Notes: generated from the sequence alone by a model not told the origin. A stretch of 64,000 bases of DNA from an uncultured Acidobacteriota bacterium (GCA_963724775.1 CAVRWB010000005.1:42357-106356), one strand, 5' to 3'; numbered from the stretch's first letter, positions 13,792 through 22,679 are shown. Translations and numbers: made by a program.

Positions 13792-15354
13792 ATGCGCCTG
13801 CCACGCCACGGCGTGCTGCTCGTCCTGGCCTTTGCCGCCCTTCTCGGACGCCCGGCGCCCGCTCGCCCGGCGACTGTCCGGGTGCCAACGCTCTCGGCGC
13901 TCACCTCCCGCGCCGAACGCATCGTGGTCGGGGAAGTGATCGAGGTGCGCTGCGAGCGCGAGACGGTTCGGGGCGAGGATGTGCCCATCACCCTCGTCAC
14001 CGTTCGCGTGGCGCGCACGCTGAAAGGCGCGGCGGCCAGCCAGATGGTGCTCGAGTTCCTCGGCGGCCGCCTGGACGCGCAGAGCCTGGACGTGTTCGAC
14101 CTGCCTCGCTTCGCGGTTGGCGATCGGGACGTGCTCTTCCTCGAGCCGGCATCGCGCAGCGTCAGCCCGCTCGTCGGCCTCATGCACGGCCGCTTCCGGC
14201 TCGTCGCCGCCGAGGAAGCGCCGCGCGAGCGCGTGGCGGCTCACGACGGCCGCCTCCTCACGTATGCCGATCTCGCGGAGGACGAGGCGGGCGCCGCGAC
14301 GCGGCGGTCGGCTTCTGCGCCGATTCGACCGGTGTCTGTCGCAACGTTCGAGACGAAAGTGCTGGAACTGGTGGCGCGCGGTGCGGCCGCCGGAGGGGCA
14401 GGTACCGCGGCGGTTCTTTCCGAAGGCGCGCCGCTCGATCAGCGGGTCGAGCCCGTCGCGCTGTCGTCGCCGGTGCCGCTTGCCATCGACGTGAACCTCG
14501 GCTCGGCGCCCGCGCTCTTCGACGGGTGCCCTGACTGGTCGTGCGCCCTGGCGTCGCGGGAGTCGTTTCGGCGCCTGGCCGGACCCGCCGGCACCTCGCC
14601 GGCGAGCGGCGAGGCAGGCGCGGAACGTGTGTCGATGGAGTGGGGACGAAGCGTGTTCGGGCGGGCGATGAATGCCGACACGCTGGCGCTGACGCTGCGG
14701 AAGACGAACGCCAAGGGCGCCGAGGCGACAATCGTGTTCAACGATCGCCTCGCGTGGAACTCGTACGAGGGCAGCGGCCGGCGGTCGCCGGCGGGGGACT
14801 GGCTCGTGGATCTTCCCAGCATCGCGTCGCGCGAACTCTCGGTCCTCGCTGCGGGTGTCGCCGCGGGCACGGCCTCGAGCGAAACGCCCACGGCCGCGAC
14901 GTCTTCGGCTCGCGGGCAGCGAGGCGCCTCCGGCGTTCGCTCGTCGCGCACGTCGGCCGACACGGGACCGCTCGACGTGTGGGCCTCGGCCTCCGGGTGC
15001 GACCCGGGAGGCGTCTTCGTCGACCCGCGGCTGCTCGTGTTCGACTCGCCCGATCACGCGCTGATGACCGCCTACCAGGTCGGCTTCTTCCTGCCCGACG
15101 CCCCGTCCCCGGCGCAGACGGTGGACGTCCCGCTCACCGCGTTCCTCATCCGCCGTGTCGTCGACCTGCCGTCGTGGGCCTCGCTCGCGATGCAGTCGTC
15201 GCTCGTCGCCGACATCCGCTCGGCCGGCCTCGCGACGCCGCTCGGCGTCGTCTACACCTACCGGGTGCGTGGCGTCTGGGCCGGCGGCACGACGGCCTGG
15301 TCCGACAGCAGCCAGCCATTCGTCCGCTGCGCCGCCGCGGCGGTCGCGCGCTGA
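13792..15354 (+). CDS. Hypothetical secreted protein (520 aa)
   Basis: ATG 13792 gives a signal-peptide-like start (MRLPRHGVLLVLAFAALLGRPAPA). The frame stays open with G/C third-position bias. I do not recognise a family. Confidence 0.55.
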   Translation: MRLPRHGVLLVLAFAALLGRPAPARPATVRVPTLSALTSRAERIVVGEVIEVRCERETVRGEDVPITLVTVRVARTLKGAAASQMVLEFLGGRLDAQSLDVFDLPRFAVGDRDVLFLEPASRSVSPLVGLMHGRFRLVAAEEAPRERVAAHDGRLLTYADLAEDEAGAATRRSASAPIRPVSVATFETKVLELVARGAAAGGAGTAAVLSEGAPLDQRVEPVALSSPVPLAIDVNLGSAPALFDGCPDWSCALASRESFRRLAGPAGTSPASGEAGAERVSMEWGRSVFGRAMNADTLALTLRKTNAKGAEATIVFNDRLAWNSYEGSGRRSPAGDWLVDLPSIASRELSVLAAGVAAGTASSETPTAATSSARGQRGASGVRSSRTSADTGPLDVWASASGCDPGGVFVDPRLLVFDSPDHALMTAYQVGFFLPDAPSPAQTVDVPLTAFLIRRVVDLPSWASLAMQSSLVADIRSAGLATPLGVVYTYRVRGVWAGGTTAWSDSSQPFVRCAAAAVAR

Positions 15355-15368
15355 GAGTAGTGCCCGAA

Positions 15369-15388
15369 GGCAAAGCTGGAGCTTTGCC
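15369..15388. terminator. Post-stop palindromic hairpin of the GGC(A/G)AAGC family
   Basis: ggcaaagc-tgga-gctttgcc lies 15 nt after the stop at 15354. There is no U-tract. Confidence 0.4.
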
Positions 15389-15454
15389 CCACACCTGGTA
15401 CACCGCTGGTTGCTTGCTCCACACGTCAGACACGAGCAGGGAGGCCCGCGACGC

Positions 15455-16180
15455 CTATGCGAGCACCAGCGGCTCGCGCTTGAAGCGCCACAGCGCAATC
15501 GCCAACGCCGCCGCCGAGCCGAGCGCACAGCACGCCGCGATCGCGAGCACGACGCGGCCGGGTGACAGGGCCTCCGGCGTGAGCGGCAGGTTCAGCCGGC
15601 GCGCCAGGTACGGCAGCGCAGATGGCAGGCCGTAGATCAGGATGAACGGCACCAGCATCCGCTGTCCCGCCGCCCGTGCCGTCGGCGCCGTCATGGACAC
15701 GAGGATCGCCACCGTCGTGAGCAGCAGCGGCAGGAGCAGGCCGATCGAGACGATTGCCGCGAGGATGCCCGGCGCGAAGAACAGTAGCCGTCCGTGGCCG
15801 AACGCCAGGCTCACGGCCACCACGGCCACGGCCTGTCCCGCGAGGATCACGCCCCACCCGTAGAGCGTGATCGCGAGGAGCTTGCCCAGGAGGATGGCCG
15901 CGTTCGGCAGACGCGTCGCCAACAGGGTTTCGAGCGTATGGCGCTCGCGCTCGCCGGCGAACGTGTCCGCCGCGTAGTTGAGGAGGAGGATGGCCGGGAA
16001 GCACGCGCTGTAGACCGTGAACCACGATGTCATCCACGTCGCGCCCGTCTGCAGCGGGAAGAGCAGGCCGGCGATGCCGATGAGGACGAGCACGTTGCGG
16101 GCGCCGCCGTGGAAGCGCCCGTCCGGCATGAGGATCTCGAACAGCTCCTTGCGGAGCACCGTCAGCATGTCGTTCAGCAC
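15455..16180 (-). CDS. ABC-2 type transporter permease
   Basis: The 241-aa product is a hydrophobic multi-pass protein. Its start overlaps the stop of the ATPase gene by 7 nt. Confidence 0.75.
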   Translation of the reverse strand: MLNDMLTVLRKELFEILMPDGRFHGGARNVLVLIGIAGLLFPLQTGATWMTSWFTVYSACFPAILLLNYAADTFAGERERHTLETLLATRLPNAAILLGKLLAITLYGWGVILAGQAVAVVAVSLAFGHGRLLFFAPGILAAIVSIGLLLPLLLTTVAILVSMTAPTARAAGQRMLVPFILIYGLPSALPYLARRLNLPLTPEALSPGRVVLAIAACCALGSAAALAIALWRFKREPLVLA

Positions 16181-17157
16181 GGGATGGCCTCCGTCCGTTC
16201 CGTCGTGGTCTCGCGCGCCGGCGCCCGGTCTTCGACGAGATCGAGGAACAGGTCCTCGAGGCTCGCCTTGTGGCGCCGCACTTCTTCAACCGCCGCCCCT
16301 GCCCCGACTGCGGCCGCGACGAGGTCCGCCACGTCCGCCCCATCGCGCAGAGCCACGATGATCTCCGAGCCGCGCGCCTCCACGCCGGAGACCTCGGCCC
16401 GGTCGCGCAGGATGGACGCGACGCGGGCATCGAGGCCGCGCCCGGCAATCGTCACCTGCGGCTGGCCGCTCATTCGCTCTCGCAGGTCGGACGGCGCGCC
16501 CGCCGCCAGCAGCTTGCCATTTCGCACCACGGCCACCTGGTGGCACAACCGCTCCGCCTCCGTCAGGTTGTGCGTCGTGAGGAACACCGTCGTGCCGTCG
16601 TGCCGCGCCAGCGCCGCCAGATCGTCGCGGAGCGCCGCCGCCGCCACCGGGTCGAGCCCGGCCGTCGGCTCGTCGAGGAAGACGAGCGCCGGCCGCGGCA
16701 GCAGCGCCCGCGCGACGGCCAGCTTCTGCTTCATCCCGCGGCTCCACTCGCGGATTGGCTCGCGCCGTCGATCCCACAGCCCGATCTGCGCGAGCACGTC
16801 CTTGATCCGCGCCGCCCGGTCGCCTGCGGGCATCCTCGCGATCCTGGCGTAGTAGTCCAGGTTCGCTTGCGCCGACAGCCGATCGTAGAGCCCGGTGTGT
16901 TCGAGGAGCGCGCCCGCTCGCGCCCGGATCGCGTCGGCGTCCCGGGCGACATCGAACCCGAGCACGGCGGCCCGTCCCTCGCTCGGCGCGAGGAGGCCGA
17001 GGAGCAGGCGGATGGTGGTCGTCTTGCCGGATCCATTCGGGCCGAGGAAGCCGAACACCACGCCTCGGGGAATCTCCAGCGACAGTCCATCAACCGCCCG
17101 GAGTGCGCCGAAGCGCCGCGTCAGCCTGTCGATCTCGATCGCATTCGGTTCGTGCAT
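16174..17157 (-). CDS. ABC transporter ATP-binding protein
   Basis: Walker A is GPNGSGKTT, the signature is SRGMKQKLAVA and Walker B is LVFLDEPTAGLD. Confidence 0.9.
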   Translation of the reverse strand: MHEPNAIEIDRLTRRFGALRAVDGLSLEIPRGVVFGFLGPNGSGKTTTIRLLLGLLAPSEGRAAVLGFDVARDADAIRARAGALLEHTGLYDRLSAQANLDYYARIARMPAGDRAARIKDVLAQIGLWDRRREPIREWSRGMKQKLAVARALLPRPALVFLDEPTAGLDPVAAAALRDDLAALARHDGTTVFLTTHNLTEAERLCHQVAVVRNGKLLAAGAPSDLRERMSGQPQVTIAGRGLDARVASILRDRAEVSGVEARGSEIIVALRDGADVADLVAAAVGAGAAVEEVRRHKASLEDLFLDLVEDRAPARETTTERTEAIPC

Positions 17158-17181
17158 GGTTCCCCTCTGCGACGCCGCGCG

Positions 17182-17499
17182 TCACTTCGTCATGCTGGCG
17201 ACGACCTTCTTCAGGTAGTCGCGATAGCGGCGGAACGAGTTCCTCCCCTCCGCTGTCATGCGGCAGATCGTCAGCGGGACCTTGCCCCGAAACGTCTTTT
17301 CGATCTCGACGTAGCCGCCAGCCTCGAGCTTCGCCAGGTGCGACGAGAGGTTGCCCTTCGACAGGCCGGTTTCGCGCAGCAGGTAGAGGAAGTCGGCGCT
17401 GTCGGCGGCATAGAGGATGGTCATGATGACGCGGCGAGCGGGCTCGTGGAGCAGCCGGTCCGCGCCCTCGTCCTCCTGCTGAACGGTCGCCGGCGTCAT
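17182..17499 (-). CDS. Winged-helix transcriptional regulator (ArsR/MarR-like)
   Basis: The 105-aa product reads ...FLYLLRETGLSKGNLSSHLAKLEAGGYVEIEKTFRGKVPLTICRMTAEGRNSF. Its start overlaps the upstream gene stop (ATGA). Confidence 0.7.
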   Translation of the reverse strand: MTPATVQQEDEGADRLLHEPARRVIMTILYAADSADFLYLLRETGLSKGNLSSHLAKLEAGGYVEIEKTFRGKVPLTICRMTAEGRNSFRRYRDYLKKVVASMTK

Positions 17500-18122
17500 G
17501 CCTGCTCTCCCGGCGGCGCCTGCCGCAGGTAGGCGCGGAACGCGAGGAGGCCGCCAGCCGCCATCGCGCCGCCCGTCCAGAGGAAGAGCAGCCCGGAGGC
17601 CAGGTTCTCGTCCAGGCGCAGGAGCGCGAGGCCGAGGCCGGCGACCAAGCAGAGGAGGGCCTCGACGGGGAAGCGCGGCAAATGCACCTTGCGCCCGAGG
17701 TACAGGAATGCGGCGGCGACGAGGAGGCCCTGCAGCGCGGGCAGCCAGGACAACACCGCGGGGGCGCGGGCGAGCACCACGATGACGAAGGCCATGAGGC
17801 CGCCGACGATGCCGCCCACCCAGCCGGTTCGGCGGTTGCGCCGCTCGAAGGACACGTAGCCCGTTCGCGGATGGACGTAGCGGTCCTTCAGCTTCGACAC
17901 GAGGCGGCGCACGGCGAGGCCGAGGCCGATCACCAGGACCGGAAAGCCGATAGCGAAGAACGCCCGGAAGGGGGGCTGCTTGGGGAGGACGCCCTGGAGA
18001 ACGAGGAAGACGCCGATCAACACGAAGAAGACGCCGACGAGCGTTTCCTGGAGGCCGTCCTCGAGCCAGTAGAGGGCGGCGCGGCGGGTGGCCTTGTCGA
18101 TGTCAGCCTGGAGCGGGTCCAT
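17496..18122 (-). CDS. Hypothetical integral membrane protein, first gene of the regulator/ABC operon
   Basis: The 208-aa product has 4-5 hydrophobic segments, and AAGGAGG precedes the ATG. Confidence 0.65.
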   Translation of the reverse strand: MDPLQADIDKATRRAALYWLEDGLQETLVGVFFVLIGVFLVLQGVLPKQPPFRAFFAIGFPVLVIGLGLAVRRLVSKLKDRYVHPRTGYVSFERRNRRTGWVGGIVGGLMAFVIVVLARAPAVLSWLPALQGLLVAAAFLYLGRKVHLPRFPVEALLCLVAGLGLALLRLDENLASGLLFLWTGGAMAAGGLLAFRAYLRQAPPGEQA

Positions 18123-18182
18123 CGGTGCCTCCTTGCGGTTCGACTGCGCGGACTAGTCTGTACTGCAAACCGGTCTGCCGCA

Positions 18183-18211
18183 AATATAGGGCCCGGGATG
18201 GGAACTGTCAA
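18183..18211 (-). promoter_or_regulatory. Sigma70-like promoter for the 18122..15455 operon
   Basis: The minus strand reads cTTGACA-gttcccatcccgggccc(17 nt)-TATATT. A near-palindrome GCAGACCGGTTTGC (18166..18179) and GACTAGTC (18151..18158) lie between the -10 and the ATG. Confidence 0.5.
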
Positions 18212-18451
18212 GGCCGGATTCACCGACGAGACGCCGAGACGCCGAGACGCGGAGAACGAAGAGCCAAGAGGCGCCTCTGCGTCCTCCGCGGCTCTGCGGT
18301 TAGACGGACCTCCAGATGTTCTGGCAACTGCCGCCCGGTGCAGGTCTTGCTGTCTCAGCCGCCCAGGGCCGCTCTTTTTGCTGTTCAGCTGGCCGACCTG
18401 GATGGTACGCTCACGAAGGCCCGGCTGGGCGGCGGGGACCTTGGAGCACGC

Positions 18452-19126
18452 ATGGAATCGTCTGCCTTTATTCCGGAGATCCCGCGAGTGGCGGGATCGA
18501 CGGCCTCGCACGGGAGCGGGCTGCGCGCCACCGCCAGCGCCGCCACGCGCGATCTCTACACCTGGGCCAACCTGGTCACCGCCGTTCGCGTCGCGGCGGC
18601 CTTTGTCGTCTTCGCCGCCGCCTGGCAGACGGGCTTGCTGCGATGGAGCCTGTACGGTCTCCTGATCTACTGGGTCGGCGATCTGCTCGACGGCTACCTG
18701 GCGCGGACGCTGCGGCAGGAAACGCTGCTCGGCGCGCAGTTGGACATCCTGGCCGACCGCGTCCTCGTGATCATGTTCTACGTGAGCTACATCGTGCACC
18801 GGCCGGGCAAGAGCGCCGCCGCGCTCCTCTTCCTCTTCGAGTTCGCGGTGCTCGACACCTACCTGTCCAATCAGTTCATGCGCTGGCCGATCCTGTCGCC
18901 CAACTACTTCTACATCGTCGACCGCCAGACGTGGACCTGGCTCTGGTCCAAGCCGGCCAAGGCCTTCAACTGCGGCCTCGTCACGCTCCTCCTCATCGGC
19001 CTGCCCTGGCAGTGGCCCGCGCTGGCCGCGACGCTGGCGCTGATCGGGATCCGCCTGTTCTTCTCCTACCGGATGCTGCTGTTGACCAGCCACCTGCCCG
19101 CCCCGCCGCCGGTTCCCGAAGGGTAA
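18452..19126 (+). CDS. CDP-alcohol phosphatidyltransferase family protein
   Basis: MESSAF... contains GDLLDGYLARTLRQETLLGAQLDILADR, which fits D-x2-DG-x2-AR-x8-G-x3-D-x3-D. The protein is multi-pass. Confidence 0.8.
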   Translation: MESSAFIPEIPRVAGSTASHGSGLRATASAATRDLYTWANLVTAVRVAAAFVVFAAAWQTGLLRWSLYGLLIYWVGDLLDGYLARTLRQETLLGAQLDILADRVLVIMFYVSYIVHRPGKSAAALLFLFEFAVLDTYLSNQFMRWPILSPNYFYIVDRQTWTWLWSKPAKAFNCGLVTLLLIGLPWQWPALAATLALIGIRLFFSYRMLLLTSHLPAPPPVPEG

Positions 19127-19134
19127 CGGCGCGG

Positions 19135-19605
19135 ATGCCAACACTTCTCGCGTTCGGGGCCTATGCCTCCGCGTTCGGCCTGGGCTACCTCAGCGCCCTC
19201 GTTCCGTTGGTCAACTCGGAGGTGCTCGTCCTCACCTACGCCGCCCTCGCGGGTCCCGGTCACTTGGGCCCGCTCGTCGTCGCGGCCGTCGTCGCGGCGG
19301 GCCAGATGCTGGGGAAGTGCACGCTCTACATGATGGGCCGCGGCGCGGCAAAGATCCCGTCGGCGCGGCACCAGCGGGCGATCGAGCGCTGGGGCGATCG
19401 GTTCTCGCGGTCGCCCCGCGCGGTGATGCTGTTCGTGTTTTTCAGCGCGGCCAGCGGCTTTCCCCCGTTCTACGCGGTGAGCGTGCTCGCGGGGTCCTTT
19501 CGGGTCAACATCGTGGCATTCTTCCTGGTTGGCCTCGGCGGGCGGTTCATCCGGTTCGGGATCCTGGCGCTGTTCCCCGGCTGGCTGGGCGTCGGCCGTC
19601 ATTAG
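19135..19605 (+). CDS. Small membrane protein, YqaA/DedA-like (VTT domain)
   Basis: The 156-aa hydrophobic product starts MPTLLAFGAYASAFGLGYLSALVPLVNSEVLVLTYAAL... and begins 9 nt after the previous stop. Confidence 0.5.
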   Translation: MPTLLAFGAYASAFGLGYLSALVPLVNSEVLVLTYAALAGPGHLGPLVVAAVVAAGQMLGKCTLYMMGRGAAKIPSARHQRAIERWGDRFSRSPRAVMLFVFFSAASGFPPFYAVSVLAGSFRVNIVAFFLVGLGGRFIRFGILALFPGWLGVGRH

Positions 19606-19689
19606 TTGGGTAGGGGTCCCTGCCTGCCGCGACGGAGCAGGCGGATCCGAACGGCCGCATGCGGCGTCTCAGCGTAAAGGAGGTTCGAC

Positions 19690-20220
19690 GTGCTGTCCTC
19701 GCTCGCGTTCATGCTCTCGCTGGCGGCGATGGAGTCCGCGCCTGTCAAGGCCGTCCCCTCGGTGGACCTGGAACGGTACGTCGGCCGGTGGTACGAGATT
19801 GCCCGCTATCCCAACGTCTTTCAGAAGAGCTGTGCTGGCGATGTGACCGCGACCTACGAGCGGCGGCCCGACGGACGCATCCGCGTCGTCAACCAGTGCC
19901 GGCGCGAGGATGGGACGATCAACCAGGCGGAGGGCGAAGCCAAGGTCGTGGACGGCGCCGGCAATGCCCGGCTGAAGGTCCGCTTCGCGCCGGGCTGGCT
20001 GAGCGTGCTGCCGTTTGTCTGGGCCGACTACTGGGTGATCGGCCTGGCGGATGACTACCGGTGGGCGGTCGTCGGCACGCCGAATCGCAAGTACCTGTGG
20101 GTCCTGGGTCGTTCCGCCGAGATGAACGAACGCGATTGGGCTGCGGCGGCCGCGATGGCCAAGGAGAACGGCTTCGACCTCGCGCGCCTGCAGCGTACGG
20201 CGCACGGGCCGACGCCGTGA
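19690..20220 (+). CDS. blc: Bacterial lipocalin (Blc-like outer membrane lipoprotein)
   Basis: VDLERYVGRWYEIARYPNVFQ...VVNQC...ARLKVRF...ADYWVIGLADDYRWAVVGTPNRKYLWVLGR. It has a GTG start preceded by AAAGGAGG. Confidence 0.85.
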   Translation: MLSSLAFMLSLAAMESAPVKAVPSVDLERYVGRWYEIARYPNVFQKSCAGDVTATYERRPDGRIRVVNQCRREDGTINQAEGEAKVVDGAGNARLKVRFAPGWLSVLPFVWADYWVIGLADDYRWAVVGTPNRKYLWVLGRSAEMNERDWAAAAAMAKENGFDLARLQRTAHGPTP

Positions 20221-20230
20221 GGGAGTGGTC

Positions 20231-20605
20231 ATGGCTCGAGTGAGCTCCGGCCTTGCGGATGCGGCGTACACGCTGCTGCGCGTGGTAAGCGGCCTGCTGT
20301 TCGCCCAGCATGGTGTCCAGAAACTGCTCGGCCTGCTCGGCGGCACGCGGGTGCCGCTCATGTCCCAACTTGGAGCAGCCGGGGTCATCGAGCTCGTGGC
20401 GGGCCTGATGATCGCGCTCGGGGTCTTTCCCCGCTGGGCGGCTTTCATCGCCTCGGGCGAGATGGCCTATGCGTACTTCACGCGCCACGCGCCGCAAGGC
20501 ATGTGGCCGGTGGTGAACCGCGGCGAGCTCGCGGTGCTCTACTGCTTCGTGTTCCTCTATATCGCCGCGCGCGGCGGCGGGCGCTGGGGCATCACCCGCC
20601 AGTAG
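20231..20605 (+). CDS. DoxX family membrane protein
   Basis: MARVSSGLADAAYTLLRVVSGLLFAQHGVQKLLGLLGG...ELVAGLMIALG. An alternative GTG start lies at 20225. Confidence 0.75.
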   Translation: MARVSSGLADAAYTLLRVVSGLLFAQHGVQKLLGLLGGTRVPLMSQLGAAGVIELVAGLMIALGVFPRWAAFIASGEMAYAYFTRHAPQGMWPVVNRGELAVLYCFVFLYIAARGGGRWGITRQ

Positions 20606-20614
20606 GGACTTACC

Positions 20615-21359
20615 GTGACCTCACAGGATTTCCGCGTGGCCTGGCAGGCGGGAGCGCAGGCGGGCGACATATCGGCGCGGCTCTATCAGGCGGCGGGCGG
20701 CCCGCTGGCGTGGCTGATCCTCGCACCCGGCGCGGGCGCGGGCCACGACCACGACTTCATGGTCACCTTCGCGCGCGCCTTCGCCTCGCGCGGCCTGAAT
20801 CTCGTCACGTTCAACTTTCCTTACATCGAGCGCGGACGCCGCGTGCCGGATCCGAACGCCACGCTCGAAGCGTGCTGGCAGGCCGTGATTGCCGCCGTCC
20901 ACGAGAAGGCGGGCACGGGCACGAGCATCTTCGCCGGCGGCAAGTCGATGGGCGGCCGCATCGCATCGCAGGTCGCAGCGCACAAACCACAAAGCTCGAG
21001 CTTTGCGCCACACCTCGTCGCGCCACGCGGGGCTCGCGCCGCACCTTGTCGCCGGCCTCTCGGGCCTCGTGTTCCTCGGCTACCCGCTGCATCCACCCGG
21101 GCGGCCGGACCAGCGGCGCACCGCGCACTGGCCTCACGTCCGGGTGCCCGCGCTGTTCATTCAGGGCTCGCGCGACCCGTTCGCCTCGCCGGAGGAACTT
21201 CGCGAGGAACTCCCGCGCTTCGGCGCCGAAACGCGACTGCTCATCGTGGACGACGGCGATCATTCCTTCAAGGTGCGGCGCCAGGCCGGCCGCGCGCAGG
21301 CGGCCGTTTACGCGCAGGTGCAGGAATGGGTCCTCGAATGGATCAGTGCCAGGTGCTGA
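20615..21359 (+). CDS. Alpha/beta hydrolase (dienelactone hydrolase / KANL3-like family), interrupted by a 1-nt frameshift at the G-run 21029..21032
   Basis: The N-terminal frame reads ...LILAPGAGAGHDHDFM...FAGGKSMGGRIASQVAA. The C-terminal frame reads GLAPHLVAGLSGLVFLGYPLHPPGRPDQ...ALFIQGSRDPFASPEEL...DGDHSF. Removing one G from gggg joins the two frames. Confidence 0.75.
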
Positions 21360-21362
21360 GTG

Positions 21363-21547
21363 CGGGGTACGAAGTGCAAGCACCCCCTGCACCTGGTGCA
21401 CGAGGTGCAAGCGCGGATGCGCTTGGTGCACAAGGTGCAAGGTGCAAGGGGGGCAGCAGGGGAGGTCACTCCGTGCACCAAGTGCGAAGCGGCGTTGCAC
21501 CCCCGTGCACGAAGTGCGAAGCGGGCCTGCACCCGTGCACCCCCCGG
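21363..21547. repeat. Intergenic GTGCA-rich repeat block with inverted arms
   Basis: ggtgcacgaggtgcaagcgc (21398..21417) is complementary to gcgttgcacccccgtgcacg (21491..21510). The block also holds tandem ggtgcaa units and a direct repeat gtgcac-N-aagtgcgaagcgg. Confidence 0.7.
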
Positions 21548-21551
21548 ACGG

Positions 21552-22508
21552 TCAGGCGCTTTCCAGCGGGATCTTCTGCGCGTTGGCGGAGAGCCACTGG
21601 TCGAAGGTCTGCAACCCGGGGTTCAGGCGGCGGCTCTGGTCGAGGCTGCGCGCGCCCACGAAGTCCTTGTTGAAGTCGCGCTTGAACTGAAACATGTTGC
21701 CCATGTCGTCGGCGCCGGGGAAGCCGAAGCTCCGGTAGACCTCCGGCGGGACATCGTTGTACCGCACCTCGCGCCCGAGGGCCCGCGACAGCTTCTCCGC
21801 CATCTGCGCGCCGGTGAGGTGCTCGCCGGCGATGCCGACCGTCTTCCCGATGAACTCCTGGCCGGCCTTGAAGATGCCCAGCGCGCACTTGCCGATGTCC
21901 TCGGCCGCGATGCCCGGCAGCGCCTTGTCGCCCATCGGGAGCGTCAGCGCCAGGACGCCATCCGGCCCCGGCTTCGGCCCTGCGCCGAAGTAGATGAAGT
22001 TGTCCCAGTAGAAGCTGGTGTTGAGCAGCGTCACGGGCAGGCCCGCGTCCACGAAGATCTGGTTCGCCTCGCCCTTGCCGTCGAAGTGCGGCACCTTGTA
22101 CTTCCCGTGCAGCGTGGGCATGCGGTCGTCGCTCAGCGGTATCCACCGGCGCGTGTCTTCCAGCGTCGACCAGATCACGTGCTGCACGCCGGCGGCCTTG
22201 GCCGCGGCCGCCATGTTGCGCGCCTCCGCAATCTCCTTCTCGGCTGAGAAGTGCGCCCAGAAGAACGTCACGCAGAACGCGCCGTAGGCGCCCTGGAACG
22301 CCCGCTTCAGGCTCTCGACGTCGTCCACGTCCGCGGCGACGACCTCGGCACCCAGCGCCGCGAGCTCCTGCGCCTTGGGTGAGTTCACGTCGCGCGTGAT
22401 CGCGCGTGCCGCGAACTGGCCCGACCTGTCGTTCAGGATCGCGCGCAGCAGACCTCCGCCCTGCGCGCCCGTCGCTCCGACCACGGCAATCACCTTCGTT
22501 GGGGGCAT
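21552..22508 (-). CDS. NmrA-family NAD(P)-binding protein
   Basis: Starts MPPTKVIAVVGATGAQGGGLLRAIL (ATG 22508, GAAGGAGGA upstream). NmrA-like sequence runs throughout. Confidence 0.85.
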   Translation of the reverse strand: MPPTKVIAVVGATGAQGGGLLRAILNDRSGQFAARAITRDVNSPKAQELAALGAEVVAADVDDVESLKRAFQGAYGAFCVTFFWAHFSAEKEIAEARNMAAAAKAAGVQHVIWSTLEDTRRWIPLSDDRMPTLHGKYKVPHFDGKGEANQIFVDAGLPVTLLNTSFYWDNFIYFGAGPKPGPDGVLALTLPMGDKALPGIAAEDIGKCALGIFKAGQEFIGKTVGIAGEHLTGAQMAEKLSRALGREVRYNDVPPEVYRSFGFPGADDMGNMFQFKRDFNKDFVGARSLDQSRRLNPGLQTFDQWLSANAQKIPLESA

Positions 22509-22679
22509 TCGTCCTCCTTCCCGGCCACGGGCCGGGAGCGTGCGGCCGCGTGCGGGCCTGCGGATCGAGGTCCGCGGTCCGCGCACGGCTGTGTTTCAGG
22601 TTCAACTTTGATTATGTCCTGGATCGCGCCTCCCGAGGCACGGGAGTACAATGGGCCCACACCGACAGGAAGGGCCCCC

